Below are positions 46,125 to 55,519 of a stretch of 64,000 bases of DNA, in pieces. Below the pieces are notes generated by a model, which saw only the letters and a list, made by a program, of their open reading frames with translations, ran no database searches and was not told where the DNA came from. The translations under genes were made by a program, and so were the position numbers. The DNA is from an uncultured bacterium (GTDB lineage: Bacteria > Patescibacteriota > Minisyncoccia > Moranbacterales > UBA2206): NCBI GenBank assembly GCA_903831805.1, contig CAIKZD010000017.1:77249-141248 (forward strand), read 5' to 3'. Each line of letters begins with the position of its first letter. Within the stretch, counting starts at the first letter, position 1.

Positions 46125-47261
46125 ATGAATTCAAAAAAGCCAAAAATTCTAATTGGAATGAGTGGCGGGGTGGATTCTTCTTCTGCGGCCGCCCTGCTCA
46201 AAAACCAAGACTTCCAAGTGAAAGGTCTTTTTTTGAGGCTGTATGGCGAGGAAGAAAAAACGTTGAAAAATATCCAGGATGTGGAAAAAGTCTGCCAAAA
46301 ATTGGACATACCGCTGCAGATCAAAGATGTCAGGCCAAGATTCAAAAAAGAAGTCATGGGCTATTTTTTGGAGGAATATGCATCTGGGCGCACGCCCAAT
46401 CCGTGTGTTTTTTGCAATGAAAATTTTAAGTTTAAAATATTATTAGAAGAAGCGAAAAAGGCGGGAATAGATTATGTGGCGACGGGTCACTACGCGAGAA
46501 TAACCAAAATACAAGAAACGATAAACAAGCAAATTACAAATTACAAATTACAAATTACAAATAAATTTCAAAATCAAAATGTCAAATTAAAGACGGTCTT
46601 CAGATTAAGAACTGCTAAAGATAAAAATAAAGATCAGTCATATTTCCTGTACAGATTGGGACAAAAGGAATTAGCTAGGATTATTTTCCCATTGGGAGAA
46701 TATGAGAAAACCCAAGTGCGGGCGTTGGCGAAAACGTTCGGTCTTGCGGTGAGTGAAAAAAAAGAATCACAGGATGTGTGTTTCATGGCGGGCGTGACTT
46801 TGGACGAATTTTTGAAAAAAAATCTGAAATTGAAAAAAGGCAAGATTGTTGATGCTACTGGGAAAATTTTAGGCATCCATCATGGTTTGCCGCTCTATAC
46901 GATTGGACAGCGAAAAGGCATTCATATCGGCGGCACCGGTCCATACTATGTCGTAGCCAAGGATTTGAAAAAAAATATTTTAACAGTTTCCAATGATCTG
47001 CAAAAATTGCCATTATTTTATAAAGTTGCTATTTTGGAAAAGGTGAGTTGGGTCAGCGCTATACCGCCGCGCTTGGCTCGGGTCTTGGCGCGCAGCCGAT
47101 ACCGAAATCCCTTGGTTTATGCTATAATCAAAAAGCATGGAGCAAATAATGCCGAATGCGAAATAGAGTTTGAAAAACCGGAGAAAGCTCTGGCCAGCGG
47201 ACAGTCAGTGGTGTTTTATGCGAAAACCGGAGAGGTGATCGGCGGCGGGGTGATTGCATGA
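46125..47261 (+). CDS. mnmA: tRNA-specific 2-thiouridylase
   Basis: MSGGVDSS, TPNPCVFCN, ATGHYAR, KDQSYFL, YTIGQRKG; ATG at 46125 preferred over TTG at 46116. Confidence 0.97.
   Translation: MNSKKPKILIGMSGGVDSSSAAALLKNQDFQVKGLFLRLYGEEEKTLKNIQDVEKVCQKLDIPLQIKDVRPRFKKEVMGYFLEEYASGRTPNPCVFCNENFKFKILLEEAKKAGIDYVATGHYARITKIQETINKQITNYKLQITNKFQNQNVKLKTVFRLRTAKDKNKDQSYFLYRLGQKELARIIFPLGEYEKTQVRALAKTFGLAVSEKKESQDVCFMAGVTLDEFLKKNLKLKKGKIVDATGKILGIHHGLPLYTIGQRKGIHIGGTGPYYVVAKDLKKNILTVSNDLQKLPLFYKVAILEKVSWVSAIPPRLARVLARSRYRNPLVYAIIKKHGANNAECEIEFEKPEKALASGQSVVFYAKTGEVIGGGVIA
46531..46565 (+). repeat. (AAATTAC)4-AAATAAA heptamer array in frame in mnmA
   Basis: Identical to 8986-9020. Confidence 0.92.
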
Positions 47262-47269
47262 TTGAGAGG

Positions 47270-47392
47270 TGGGTGTCCCGCACGAAATTCCAATATAAAT
47301 AGAAGTACTATATGGATTTGTGTGCGTAGACGTCTAACGGCTTGGTTTGGAGGTAGATAAAATTTTAATAGCGAATTTCTGCGGGATGCTCA
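47270..47392. mobile_element. MITE-like element or structured RNA with ~20-nt imperfect terminal inverted repeats
   Basis: tgggtgtcccgcacgaaattc ... gaatttctgcgggatgctca; no ORF. Confidence 0.45.
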
Positions 47393-47426
47393 TTTTTGTT
47401 GCTTCTCGCTACGCTCAAAGACAAAA

Positions 47427-47708
47427 ATGGCATATACTGACGATGATTTAAAAAATTTAAGCGAGGAAGAGAAGCGGAAACAGTTGCGTAATTTCCAGAT
47501 GGAGATTATCGTAATGGATTCTGATACGCGCAAAATTCAAAATAAAAAGAGCACCTTGGAAATGGAAATCAGGAAGCTGCGAATGGATCAGGAAAGGATG
47601 CGGATTGAGATGGAAAATAAGAAGAAGGAATATGACACGCTCGGTTATCAAATCATCAAAAACGAAGAAGATATGAAAAGATTGAAGAAAAAAATTAATT
47701 TATTATAA
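47427..47708 (+). CDS. Small coiled-coil hypothetical protein
   Basis: 93 aa, charged, heptad pattern. Confidence 0.65.
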   Translation: MAYTDDDLKNLSEEEKRKQLRNFQMEIIVMDSDTRKIQNKKSTLEMEIRKLRMDQERMRIEMENKKKEYDTLGYQIIKNEEDMKRLKKKINLL

Positions 47709-47719
47709 ACAATAAAAAT

Positions 47720-47953
47720 ATGGCATCAGAATTTGCCAGCATCGTAATCGCGCAAATTGGCAGTCGAAGCACCGAAGTGGGGAAAGCGGTATATAATTAC
47801 CAAGACAGCGTTAAGGACATTGAAAGAGAGCTGGATCGCGGATCAATTGATGTGGCCGCGGCTATGACAAAGTTACGCGCACGTTTTTCCTATCATTTAA
47901 CTGATGACGATTATCGTAAAATCGAAAAGGAAACTAGGTATAACGTTAAATAG
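47720..47953 (+). CDS. Small hypothetical protein
   Basis: 77 aa ORF 11 nt after the previous stop. Confidence 0.6.
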   Translation: MASEFASIVIAQIGSRSTEVGKAVYNYQDSVKDIERELDRGSIDVAAAMTKLRARFSYHLTDDDYRKIEKETRYNVK

Positions 47954-48018
47954 TTATTCGGATACCCACCCAGATACCCACCTAGACTTTTATAATATCT
48001 ATAATATCTACAACACTT

Positions 48019-49890
48019 ATGACCGCGAACGAACTCAGACAATCATATTTGGAATTTTTCAAAAGCAAAGGACATGCCATCATTCCGAGTGCGCCGGTGG
48101 TGCCGGAAAATGATCCAACCACCCTTTTCATAACGGCCGGGATGCATCCTTTGGTGCCGTACCTGATGGGTGAAAATCATCCACAAGGCACGCGCTTGGC
48201 CAATGCGCAAAAAAGTATCCGCACCATCGACATCGATGAAGTGGGCGACCGCACCCATCACACTTTTTTCGAGATGCTCGGGAATTGGTCGCTGGGCGAT
48301 TATTTCAAGAAAGAAGCCATCTCCTGGAGCTGGGAATTTTTGACTTCGCCGGATTGGCTGGCTCTCGACAAAAATCGCTTGGCTTGTTCAGTGTTCGAAG
48401 GAGACGCAGACGCGCCGTTCGACGCGGAAGCATTCGAAATTTGGAAAGATTTAGGCATGCCGGTTGCACGCATTGCTAAACTCCCGAAGAAAAATAATTG
48501 GTGGGGACCGGCCGGCGTGACCGGGCCGTGCGGACCGGACAGTGAAATGTTCTATTGGATTGGTGACCCCAAGGCCGTACCGGACAGCTTCAATGATGAT
48601 AATGACCTGTGGGTGGAAATTTGGAATGATGTTTTTATGCAATTCAATAAGACTGAGGACGGCCGGTATGAAAAATTGGCGCAGCAGAATGTCGACACCG
48701 GCATGGGACTGATGCGGGTTTTGACGGCCATCAATGGCTTGGACGACAATTATCGCACGGAACTTTTCTGGCCGCTCATCCAAGAAATTGAGAAATTATC
48801 CGGCTTAGAATACGGTGAAAAATCTGATGAGGAATATATCGCCGAAGATCAAAAATGCTGGGTGGATACGCGAAAATCTTTTCGTATCATTGCTGATCAC
48901 ATTAAAGCCGCCGTGTTCATTATGGCGGACGGCGTAGAGCCGGGAAACACTGAACGTGGCTATGTACTTAGGCGCCTCATTCGGCGCGCTATCCGCCAGG
49001 GACACATCCTGGGTATTAAAGAAAATTTCACCACTAAAATTGCGAAAGTGGTGCAGGAAATTTATGGCGCGGTCTATCCGGAAATTTTGGATGACAAATT
49101 AATAGATGAATTAGATAAAGAAGAGGAGAAATTCAGGAAGACATTGGAAAATGGATTGAAAGAATTTGAAAAATTTATAAGTAATCCGGAGGGTAATTAT
49201 ATAACTAGAAAAGTTGGTGATGAGATACAAAAAGCAGATTGGTATGCAAATGATGATACAGCGGATATGGTATTTAATTTGTATCAGTCGTACGGATTTC
49301 CCTTAGAGGTAGTTTTTGAAGAATTAAAAAATAGAAAAATTAATATTGATGAAAATAAATTAAAAGATAAATTTGATAAGAGATATAAAAAACATCAAGA
49401 ACTTTCCCGCACCGCTTCAGCCGGCATGTTCAAAGGCGGGTTGTCCGATACTAAAGAAGAAACGACTGCCTTGCACACAGCGGCGCATCTGATGCTTGCT
49501 GGACTACGGAAAGTTTTGGGCAGTCACGTACATCAAAAAGGGTCGAACATCAACGGTGAAAGATTACGTTTTGATTTTTCCCATGCGGAAAAAATGACTG
49601 ACGAGCAGAAGAAAGCCGTAGAAGAATATGTCAATACAGCTATTGCCGCCAAAATTCCGGTAGAACTGAATGAAATGACCTTGGACGAAGCGCGCGAGTC
49701 TGGAGCAGAAGGGGCGTTTGAAAACAAATATGGCGAGGTGGTGAAAGTCTACAAAATTGAAGGTTTCTCCAATGAGATTTGCGGCGGCCCGCACGTGACC
49801 AACACCGGCGACATCGTCGGCACTTTCAAGATTAAAAAAGAAGAAAGCTCGAGCGCGGGCGTGCGGAGGATCAAGGCAATTTTAGAATAA
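48019..49890 (+). CDS. alaS: Alanine--tRNA ligase (lacks the C-Ala domain)
   Basis: DPTTLFITAGM, HHTFFEMLGNWS, VDTGMG, HTAAHL, EICGGPHV, GVRRIKA at the C-terminus. Confidence 0.97.
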   Translation: MTANELRQSYLEFFKSKGHAIIPSAPVVPENDPTTLFITAGMHPLVPYLMGENHPQGTRLANAQKSIRTIDIDEVGDRTHHTFFEMLGNWSLGDYFKKEAISWSWEFLTSPDWLALDKNRLACSVFEGDADAPFDAEAFEIWKDLGMPVARIAKLPKKNNWWGPAGVTGPCGPDSEMFYWIGDPKAVPDSFNDDNDLWVEIWNDVFMQFNKTEDGRYEKLAQQNVDTGMGLMRVLTAINGLDDNYRTELFWPLIQEIEKLSGLEYGEKSDEEYIAEDQKCWVDTRKSFRIIADHIKAAVFIMADGVEPGNTERGYVLRRLIRRAIRQGHILGIKENFTTKIAKVVQEIYGAVYPEILDDKLIDELDKEEEKFRKTLENGLKEFEKFISNPEGNYITRKVGDEIQKADWYANDDTADMVFNLYQSYGFPLEVVFEELKNRKINIDENKLKDKFDKRYKKHQELSRTASAGMFKGGLSDTKEETTALHTAAHLMLAGLRKVLGSHVHQKGSNINGERLRFDFSHAEKMTDEQKKAVEEYVNTAIAAKIPVELNEMTLDEARESGAEGAFENKYGEVVKVYKIEGFSNEICGGPHVTNTGDIVGTFKIKKEESSSAGVRRIKAILE

Positions 49891-49897
49891 AAAATAT

Positions 49898-51109
49898 ATG
49901 AAAATAATTACCGATGAAAAAATGATTGATGAGTTTTTGGAGCGCGGAGTGGAGGAGATTTATCCCTCTAAACTGGCTTTTCGAAAAAAACTTATGAGTG
50001 GAGAGAGGCTGCGAATCTATCAAGGGTTTGATCCGACCGGTCCCTATCTCCATGTGGGACATGCTATGGGCATCCGGGCTCTCGGGATTTTGCAGAAACT
50101 CGGACATGAAGTGATTTTTTTGGTGGGAGATTATACGGCTAAGGTCGGTGACCCGGACAAAGATACGACGCGGAAAATGTTGACCGACGAAGACATCGAA
50201 AAGAATATGGCCGGCTGGAAAGAGCAGGCGGCCCAACTTGTTGATTTCGGCGGAGACAACCCTGTACGCTTTGAACGGAACAACAAATGGCTTTCAAAAA
50301 TGACGCTGGGAGATATTTTAAAATTAATGTCTAAAGTCACCATCCAACAAATATTGCAAAGAGATTTATTTAAAAAAAGACTGGAAGCGGATGATCCGTT
50401 AAAGTTTCACGAATTGCTCTATCCATTGATGCAGGGATATGACGGCGTAGCCATGGAAGTAGATATGGAGATTGGTGGAGCTGATCAGACTTTCAATATG
50501 CTGTGTGGCCGTGATTTATCCAAGAATTATTTAGGCAAGGAAAAATTTGTGCGGACGAATAAGATGATGGATGCGCCAGACGGAGTGACGATGAGCAAAA
50601 CCAAAGGTAACGGCATAAATTTAGCTGATTCTCCAGAAGACATGTTTGGAAAAGCGATGTCGTATTCTGACAAACACATTTTGTCCGGCTTTGAACTCCT
50701 GACGGATGTTCCTGTAGAAGAAATAAGGGAGATTGAGAAAGCGATGGAACAAGGCGAGAACCCGATGATTTTCAAAAAGAAAATGGCGTATGAAATTGTC
50801 AGGATGATAAAGGGGGCAGAAGCGGCTGCCGCAGCACAGGAAAATTTTGAAAAAGTCTTTTCCAAAAAAGGCACGCCGGATAAAGTGACCTCTATGGAAG
50901 TCACTGCAGAGGCCTCTATAGTGGCCACTATGGTGAGTGTTGGGATGGCGGAATCCAATGCTGATGCCAAAAGAAAGATTGAGCAAGGCGGCGTCAGCGT
51001 GGACGGCGAAAAAATCACCGACATCACCGCCAAAATAACGAAAGAGATGGATGGGCAGATTTTGAAAGTGGGAAAAAGAGAATTTCGGAAATTGAAGGTG
51101 AAAAAATAG
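49898..51109 (+). CDS. tyrS: Tyrosine--tRNA ligase
   Basis: GFDPTGPYLHVGH, YPLMQGYD, GGADQTFN, MSKTKGN, C-terminal S4 domain. Confidence 0.97.
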   Translation: MKIITDEKMIDEFLERGVEEIYPSKLAFRKKLMSGERLRIYQGFDPTGPYLHVGHAMGIRALGILQKLGHEVIFLVGDYTAKVGDPDKDTTRKMLTDEDIEKNMAGWKEQAAQLVDFGGDNPVRFERNNKWLSKMTLGDILKLMSKVTIQQILQRDLFKKRLEADDPLKFHELLYPLMQGYDGVAMEVDMEIGGADQTFNMLCGRDLSKNYLGKEKFVRTNKMMDAPDGVTMSKTKGNGINLADSPEDMFGKAMSYSDKHILSGFELLTDVPVEEIREIEKAMEQGENPMIFKKKMAYEIVRMIKGAEAAAAAQENFEKVFSKKGTPDKVTSMEVTAEASIVATMVSVGMAESNADAKRKIEQGGVSVDGEKITDITAKITKEMDGQILKVGKREFRKLKVKK

Positions 51110-51129
51110 ATCTGCTTTTGTTATAATGT

Positions 51130-51160
51130 AAAAACCACTCAGAATTTTGGGTGGTTTTTT
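51130..51160 (+). terminator. Terminator after tyrS
   Basis: aaaaaccactcag-aattt-tgggtggtttttt. Confidence 0.75.
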
Positions 51161-51164
51161 GCGC

Positions 51165-51193
51165 TTGACTTTTTAGCCGGTTTGTGCTATCAT
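51165..51193 (+). promoter_or_regulatory. Sigma70-type promoter of ORF 51265
   Basis: TTGACT-N17-TATCAT with extended TG. Confidence 0.6.
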
Positions 51194-51264
51194 TCTGGGC
51201 TAATAGAGCGTTGTCAAATTAATAGAAAAGATGGATAAAATCGATAAAATCGAGGAGGTGCATC

Positions 51265-51801
51265 ATGGTACTTTTTATTGCGTGTACAATTGTCGGGGTC
51301 TGTATATCTTTTAAGATTATTTATTCAAAAAAGAATATAGATTTTTTTGAAAAGATTATATTCTCTATTATGGGTGTGGCGGCAAGCGCATTTATTGGGA
51401 CTGTATCGACAGGAATTGCATCTAAGGTAATTTTGCATTCAATGCAAGAATATGAATACGATAAAATTAATATCGTAGCGATTGACAGCTCGAAGGAGCT
51501 GTCGGGTACCTTCATCCTTGGATTAGGAAATGTCAATCTGGAACAACAGTATGTGTTTTATTATCTGACTGCTGATGGCGGTAAGAAATATGGAGAAGTT
51601 TCAAAATATTCGGCCATTATCTACGAAGAGGAAAGAAGGGATGGCTATATGGCTAAAATCGGTGAAAGAACCGTTTATTCCGACAAGGTTCTCTTCTGGC
51701 TTATCCCCAAGTTCTTGCTGGACGGTAAGGATAGTACGACGTATGCCATACATGTTCCTAAAGGAACGGTTAAGCTTGAGTTCAATATCGATTTGAAGTA
51801 A
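51265..51801 (+). CDS. Hypothetical membrane protein (two N-terminal TM helices), stand-alone cassette
   Basis: Strong SD GAGGAGGTG, own promoter and terminator. Confidence 0.75.
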   Translation: MVLFIACTIVGVCISFKIIYSKKNIDFFEKIIFSIMGVAASAFIGTVSTGIASKVILHSMQEYEYDKINIVAIDSSKELSGTFILGLGNVNLEQQYVFYYLTADGGKKYGEVSKYSAIIYEEERRDGYMAKIGERTVYSDKVLFWLIPKFLLDGKDSTTYAIHVPKGTVKLEFNIDLK

Positions 51802-51834
51802 AGCTGGCACATGGTGAAAAGCTAGAGGCGTAGC

Positions 51835-51873
51835 GGGCTCTTGAGGATTTCATTTCCTCAAGGGCTCTTTTTT
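51835..51873 (+). terminator. Rho-independent terminator
   Basis: gggctcttgagga-tttcatt-tcctcaagggctc followed by a T run. Confidence 0.8.
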
Positions 51874-51953
51874 AATTTGTCATATTCCCCGATTTATTCT
51901 ATAATTAAATCAAAGTCAGCAAGAGAAATAAAAACTAAAATTAAGTTTTGTTT

Positions 51954-53222
51954 ATGGCATTTTTTTCTAAAATTTTAGGCTTTAAGAAAAGTTCTTCGGA
52001 ATTTTATCTGTCATTGGATATCGGCACGGAAGTGGTTAAGGCGCTAGTTTTTAAGATTGATGAAAATTCCGGAGCGGGTATCGTGAAAGGAGCGGGGCGC
52101 GCGCGGCAAGGACTGCGGGATATGCATAGCGGCGCGGTGTCGGATATTTCCGGGGTGATTGTTAATTGTCGGGAAGCCATCAATTTGGCCAAAACGATGG
52201 CGGGCGCCAAGAAAGTGGAAAAAGCCATCGTGGGCATTGCCGGGGAACTGGTGAAAGGCACGACCACGACGGTGCATTATGAAAGGGTTAATCCGGAAAT
52301 CCGCATCGACATTCCGGAATTGAAAAATATCATCCAGAAAGTGCAATGGAAGGCCTTTGATCGTATCCGGCAGCAGTTGGCGTGGGAAACAGGCCACAGC
52401 GAGATTGAAGTGAAGCTCATCAATGCGGTGATTGTGGATGTGCGCATCGATGGATATAAGGTGACCAATCCAGTCGGTTTTCAAGGGCGCGATGTGTCCA
52501 TTTCAGTTTTCAATGCGTATGCGCCGATGATCCATCTGGGGGCGCTGCAAAAAATTGCTGACGAATTGAAATTGGAACTGTTGAACATTGCCGCCGAACC
52601 GTATGCCGTGGCGCGTTCCATGGGCATCGAAGATTCGACGGAATTCAGTGCGGTCTTTATCGACATCGGTGGCGGCACGACGGATGTGGCGGTGGTGCGC
52701 AATGGCGGCCTAGAGGGCACGAAGATGTTTGGTCTCGGCGGGCGAGCGTTCACCAAAAGACTTTCGACTGAATTGGGCATTGGCATCGAAGAAGCGGAAG
52801 TGCTGAAAATCAAATACGCTGAAGGCAAGTTGGGCAAAGATGTGAGCATGAAGATTGAAAAAATTCTGGCCGACGATTGTGATGTGTGGTTGCGCGGCAT
52901 TGAGCTGACACTTTCGGAATTTTCTGAGGCGGATCTGTTGCCCCATCGCTTTTTTCTGTGCGGCGGCGGTTCAGGTTTGCCGGGGATAAAAAAAGCGTTG
53001 CTGAGCAAAGAATGGTGCAAAAAATTACCTTTTGCCAAGCAGATCGAAGTGAGTTTCTTGCAACCGAAAGACGTGGTAAACATCTCTGATGAAACTAAAC
53101 AACTAAAAGATCCGCAAGATATCACACCGATGGGCTTGGCCAATTTGGCGCTGGATTTGGTAGGTGAGGAAAAAATGATGGCCGGAATTTTGCGTCGCGC
53201 TGTGCGAATGATACAAAAATAA
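51954..53222 (+). CDS. FtsA-like actin-fold ATPase
   Basis: LDIGTEVVKA, AEPYAVAR, IDIGGGTTD, GGRAFT, LCGGGS; ATG at 51954. Confidence 0.85.
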   Translation: MAFFSKILGFKKSSSEFYLSLDIGTEVVKALVFKIDENSGAGIVKGAGRARQGLRDMHSGAVSDISGVIVNCREAINLAKTMAGAKKVEKAIVGIAGELVKGTTTTVHYERVNPEIRIDIPELKNIIQKVQWKAFDRIRQQLAWETGHSEIEVKLINAVIVDVRIDGYKVTNPVGFQGRDVSISVFNAYAPMIHLGALQKIADELKLELLNIAAEPYAVARSMGIEDSTEFSAVFIDIGGGTTDVAVVRNGGLEGTKMFGLGGRAFTKRLSTELGIGIEEAEVLKIKYAEGKLGKDVSMKIEKILADDCDVWLRGIELTLSEFSEADLLPHRFFLCGGGSGLPGIKKALLSKEWCKKLPFAKQIEVSFLQPKDVVNISDETKQLKDPQDITPMGLANLALDLVGEEKMMAGILRRAVRMIQK

Positions 53223-53231
53223 TTTAAACGT

Positions 53232-55247
53232 ATGCATCAAGCATTTTACATCGACATTGACGAAGAAATCACTTCCATCGTGGAACGGCTGCGACATGCG
53301 CGGGCGAGTGAAATAATTCTGGTGGTGCCTAAACGCGCCTTGCTCATTCAGAGTATCGTTAATTTGCGTATCCTTAAGCGTGAGGCGGATGAAGCCAGGT
53401 TGCAATTGATGATGGTGACGCAGGATAAGCTCGGAAAAATTCTCATTGAAAAAGCTGGGATTTTTGTGCAGCAGAAAATGGATAATATCTCTGATGAGGA
53501 AATCAGTGTGGGCGAAGAAAGTCAGCCGCTGCCGGAGTTCAAAGCGGAGGAGAAGGTCAAAAGTGGTAAGGACCGCTTGAATACTATCGGATCAAGCAGT
53601 TATTTCGATGAAGAGATGGCTAAGGAAAATATTAAAGCCGAACAGATCAAATTACAAATAGAAAAACCTAAAGTGCCAGAGCAAAAATTAGGAAAAGAAG
53701 TTCTGACCAATCGGGAATTGGTTTTAGTTCCGGACAAAGCGGCCGAAAGAAAATTGATGGTGAGACCGGCGTTCGATTTGAAGCCGGCCACACCGGTGGC
53801 AAAAATTCCAGTGATGGCTCCTACGGTGCCTAACGCTAGTGATTTTTTTAATAGAGACGCTAAGTCCAACTCTGTGCCTGCCCCTACTCCTGCTTCTGCC
53901 CCTATTTCTAATCCCAATCTCAACCGTACTTCCAGTCCAAGCTCGAATCCAAATCCCAAGCCAAATTTTCAAGACAAAAAAATAGAAGATTTTTTCTATC
54001 AGTCAAGCGCAATCACGGCGCAGCCGGAAAAAGCGCCGAGTAAAAATAGCAATCCTGAAACTTATAATTTGACCGGCCAAGTGCATCGTTGGTTCTGGGT
54101 TTTTGGTGTTGCCGCATTTCTTTTGGTGGTGGGCATTGGCGGGTATGTTTTTGTTCCGAAAGCGGCCTTGGTAGTTTCAGTCAAGGCGGATTATAAATCT
54201 ATTGATGCGGAGGTCATGGGGAAGATTGCCAGTCCGTCAGTCGACCTCGCCAGCGGCACTATCCCGGCTGCAACCGCTTCTTCTAAACAGGAAGTGACCG
54301 AAAGTTACCCTGCGTCCGGCAGTGGACTTGTTTCCAACCAACACGCGCATGGCACCGTCACGATTTATAATGAATATAGTTCCAGCCCGCAACCACTGGT
54401 GGCCACTACGCGATTCTTGACCGGCGACGGAAAACTGTTCCGCTTGGTCAAAGGCGTGACCGTGCCGGGGACCAGTCTTGAGAATGGTCAAGTTAAAAAA
54501 GGAGAAATAGAAGCTGAGATAGTGGCGGATCAGTCAGGTGATGGCTACAATGTCGGTCCTTCAACGTTCAATATTCCCGGTTTTAAAAGTAGCGGGGTTA
54601 AATATGAAAAAATTTATGCCACTTCAAGTGCGGCGATGACCGGCGGCGGCAATGGAACTAGCGGCGCCAGCGAATCAAAAGTGATAACCGATAATGATAT
54701 AGCCGCGGCCAAGAGCAAAATTCTGGTTTCACTGAATCAAAAGCTCGAAGAAGATATGAAAAAATCCGGCGGAGACGATGCCCTTATTCTGGATGGGGCC
54801 ATAAACCAGTCGGATGTGGTTTACAAACTTTCCAATTCAGCTGGAGACGTGGTGAATTCCTTCCAGCTAACCGCCAGCACCGAGGCCAAAGCTATAGTAG
54901 TCAAACAGAATGATCTTAAGGCGGCCATCGCGGCCATGCTAACTTCGGCGGAGGATGGAAAGAGCGTCGATCCGGGTTCAATTAAAACTGATTTTTCCAG
55001 AGCGGATGTTGATTTTGCCAATGGCACGATCAATATAAAATTCCATGCCACGGGGAAAATTAACTCGGCGGTCACGGCGGAGGTCATTAAGAAGTCTATT
55101 CTTGGCAAGAATGAGGAGCAGGTGAAGGACTATCTTGGCAGCTTACCCAATATTGAAAAAGTGGAGGTGAATTATTGGCCGCCGTTTGTGAGTGGCCGAA
55201 TCCCGCTGATATCCAGCCGTGTAAGCGTGACCCTTGACCCGACTTAG
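53232..55247 (+). CDS. Bitopic membrane protein: cytoplasmic N-domain, low-complexity linker, TM helix, baseplate J-like external domain
   Basis: DEEITSIVERL..VPKRA..SIVNLRILKR; TM near aa 287-308; AHGTVTIYN, LVATTRF, VTVPG, ADQSGDGYNV, MTGG. Confidence 0.72.
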   Translation: MHQAFYIDIDEEITSIVERLRHARASEIILVVPKRALLIQSIVNLRILKREADEARLQLMMVTQDKLGKILIEKAGIFVQQKMDNISDEEISVGEESQPLPEFKAEEKVKSGKDRLNTIGSSSYFDEEMAKENIKAEQIKLQIEKPKVPEQKLGKEVLTNRELVLVPDKAAERKLMVRPAFDLKPATPVAKIPVMAPTVPNASDFFNRDAKSNSVPAPTPASAPISNPNLNRTSSPSSNPNPKPNFQDKKIEDFFYQSSAITAQPEKAPSKNSNPETYNLTGQVHRWFWVFGVAAFLLVVGIGGYVFVPKAALVVSVKADYKSIDAEVMGKIASPSVDLASGTIPAATASSKQEVTESYPASGSGLVSNQHAHGTVTIYNEYSSSPQPLVATTRFLTGDGKLFRLVKGVTVPGTSLENGQVKKGEIEAEIVADQSGDGYNVGPSTFNIPGFKSSGVKYEKIYATSSAAMTGGGNGTSGASESKVITDNDIAAAKSKILVSLNQKLEEDMKKSGGDDALILDGAINQSDVVYKLSNSAGDVVNSFQLTASTEAKAIVVKQNDLKAAIAAMLTSAEDGKSVDPGSIKTDFSRADVDFANGTINIKFHATGKINSAVTAEVIKKSILGKNEEQVKDYLGSLPNIEKVEVNYWPPFVSGRIPLISSRVSVTLDPT

Positions 55248-55320
55248 AAAATTTGCTAAGCTGATTTAGCTGGGAAAACAATAGGAAAAATGAAGGATTT
55301 GAGGCGCGCCGCCTATAGGG

Positions 55321-55349
55321 TTGACAAATAAAAAAAATGGCGCTAGTAT
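55321..55349 (+). promoter_or_regulatory. Promoter of the infA-rpsI operon
   Basis: TTGACA-N17-TAGTAT. Confidence 0.7.
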
Positions 55350-55359
55350 AGTAAAGACA

Positions 55360-55506
55360 TTAAAAATATTGCGAAGTTATAGAGGGAATTTTCCGATACG
55401 CACGAATTTGGTCCGAACACTGTCCTCAAGTATGAAGCTTGCTAAACGCGCGCTTTGTCTTGAGAAAGTTCCGTCTATTTTTTGTTTTCCGGTCGTAATA
55501 TTTTAA
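55360..55506 (+). ncRNA. Putative structured 5' leader RNA of infA
   Basis: Nested stems aaaatattgcga/tcgtaatatttt, atagagggaatttt/aaagttccgtctat, ctcaag/cttgag. Confidence 0.45.
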
Positions 55507-55519
55507 GATAAAATTTTTT

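Noticed and set aside
53870-53970. Hexamer-like tract encoding PAPTPASAP...NPNPKPN as a mobile repeat
   Set aside because: Adequately explained as a low-complexity disordered linker; no second copy was seen.
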